From Zygophlyctis sp. KS116 (Eukaryota > Fungi > Chytridiomycota), in NCBI GenBank assembly GCA_054661495.1, contig BAAFSQ010000376.1:1-8529 (forward strand): DNA of 8,529 nt, given 5' to 3'. The position numbers and the translations under genes are program-made. Shown piece after piece: positions 6,973-8,529 of this stretch. How positions within the stretch are numbered: position 1 is the first letter of the stretch; every line of letters begins with the position of its first letter. The notes below the pieces were generated by a model. It was not told where the DNA came from, did no database searches, and saw only the letters and a list, made by a program, of their open reading frames with translations.

Positions 6973-8248
6973 TTATTCCACTGTCCAAAATCTAGAATAC
7001 TCTTCCAAACTTGCATTTCCAAATATAAATTCTTTAAGTGCTTGCTCATTACTAAAGTCTTGGAATTTAAGTGTCCATTTGTTTTGGGTATCTGGTTCAA
7101 AAAATCGCGGTTTCCATTCAGTTTTAGTTTCTAGTCGACTTTTGATTAGTTTTCTTTGATTATCTTCAATTTCTAGTTTATGAGTAGTGGCTTCTTCAAG
7201 ATCAGATTTTAATATTGCTCTTGTAACTTTTGACCAGAGTCTATACTTTAAAAGATAAATTAGTACCTTCTAGATTCATATTCTTCTTGCAAACTTTCAT
7301 CATTGACAATCTTTGGAACAGTTTTTGAATTATTAGCTGAAAATAAGATTTCTTCTTGATTTGTAGATTCATTGATTATATAAATAGTATCAGACCACTT
7401 TCCATGGATTCTGTACAGATTTTCCTTTGAAGAATAGATTTTTCCTTCAATAATATTATAACCACCAGAGAAATATCCCTATGTAAAATTATAAATTTAT
7501 AAAATACCTTGGTTTTAAATTCAATGTCACAATTCAAATCATTTTTCGGACATGAAATTGAAATCTTATCTCCTAATTCCACATACATTTTTCCAAAAAG
7601 TATTCCTCTAGCATAGAAATTTGGCATACTAAGAGAATATTTTTCATCTGGATAATTTAACAATGTAATAAAATTAAGTCCATTCATGTTGGTTCCTAAA
7701 ATATTATCTCTTAAAGTACCTGCAGAATTTCCTAAAAACTTTGCTTTGGGAGAAATGACTCCATTCATTACTAAATTTTTTGAAGGATTTACATATGCAA
7801 ATGCTGATGATGGAGGATGATGAGAGACTTGTTCACAAATATAGTACGCGGTTTGGTTATCGAAATCCCATTGACATCTGAAAAACTCTCCAATCACAGG
7901 ATTATATGGCTTCCTGACACCTTTTGGTCTTACATGGAATCCAGATAAATAAAATCGGACAACATCTATAAATCTATCAATTGGCAATGACTGATTATAG
8001 GTTCTTTTAAATTAATAAAATAAAATTTACTCCGAAATAAGTTCTGGATGGCTCATAAAGTCTGTCAATCTTTCGGTAAACGATCTTGGTTCCAATACAA
8101 ACGTTGGTAGCGCGACTCGTGTTACTTCTACGCCTTTTGCTAATTGAGCAATCAAGCCCATAATTATACTCCTTGGCTCTGCATCTAAAACCTCCTGCTC
8201 TACTTGAGCATCATTAGGTAGACTGCTTATTGATCCAGTAGATTTCAT
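6973..8248 (-). CDS. Short oxysterol-binding protein homologue, Osh6/Osh7 (ORP5/8)-like lipid exchanger, 389 aa, 5 exons
   Basis: complement(join(6973..7240,7267..7478,7508..7695,7720..8003,8031..8248)) = 1170 nt; introns of 27, 24, 29 and 26 nt in transcription order. OSBP fingerprint EQVSHHPP, plus KPYNPVIGEFF, KFLGNS, FKTKGYFSG, ESRRLW and WKPRFF. LPTFVLE matches the LPTFILE motif of phosphatidylserine/PI4P exchangers. Confidence 0.92.
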
Positions 8249-8456
8249 TGTTTTCCACGCGTTTAGTTCCGATTTTGAACAAGTTGTGACAATATTCTTA
8301 CTTTTTGAAAATAAAACTGCTAAATTTGACTCATTCTTTTACTTTCTCTTGAATAAATGAATGCATCTCAGCACAATAGTCTTCAAATTTCATCCGATTT
8401 ATTAAGCTTTGTACATTGTAGCGAATATTTTCGACACGGTTTTTTCGGATACCAAT

Positions 8457-8529
8457 GGTTTCATAGTGTAGTCGGTTATCACGTGAGCTTAACATGCTCG
8501 AGGTCCTGAGTTCGATCCTCAGTGAAACC
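8457..8529 (+). tRNA. tRNA-Val, anticodon AAC (IAC after editing), intronless
   Basis: Acceptor stem GGTTTCA/TGAAACC; D arm GTG-TAGTCGGTTAT-CAC; anticodon arm TGAGC-TTAACAT-GCTCG with AAC at 8491-8493; variable loop AGGTC; T arm CTGAG-TTCGATC-CTCAG. The window ends just before the discriminator base. Confidence 0.97.

Noticed and set aside
6962-7159. 65-aa plus-strand ORF
   Set aside because: Antisense to the last exon of the OSBP gene, with a non-ATG start and no motif.
1-8529. Ciliate origin or a reassigned stop-codon genetic code (suggested by the tiny introns)
   Set aside because: TGA (exportin), TAG (RPB5) and TAA (the others) all terminate genes at the expected family C-termini, and no in-frame stops remain after splicing.
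1-8529. Prokaryotic operon, CRISPR array or transposase
   Set aside because: All genes are eukaryotic with spliceosomal introns; no repeat-spacer array, long terminal repeats or transposase motifs were seen.

Overview
Extremely compact, AT-rich eukaryotic genomic DNA using the standard genetic code; it is most likely from an early-diverging, chytrid-like fungus (inference from protein features, not from a search). The ORF track is fragmented because the genes are interrupted by 28 very small GT-AG spliceosomal introns (24-31 nt, mode 26 nt), which I reconstructed by hand. Order: 3' end of an ankyrin-repeat gene (+); a frameshifted F-box/ankyrin gene (+); an unexplained ~105-nt, 50% GC, self-complementary element; exportin-7/RanBP16 (+, 21 exons, 1042 aa); RPB5 (+, 3 exons); an intronless mitochondrial NADH-cytochrome b5 reductase/Cyc2-like gene (+); complex I subunit NDUFB10 (-, 3 exons, absent from the ORF track); an Osh6/7-like oxysterol-binding protein (-, 5 exons); and tRNA-Val(AAC) at the very end. 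Gaps between coding regions are 88, 15, 0 and 117 nt. Main points of interest: the micro-intron splicing system with an apparent length rule, convergent stop codons with no gap, a possible dicistronic RPB5-reductase unit, shared upstream motifs, and the structured element in front of exportin-7.
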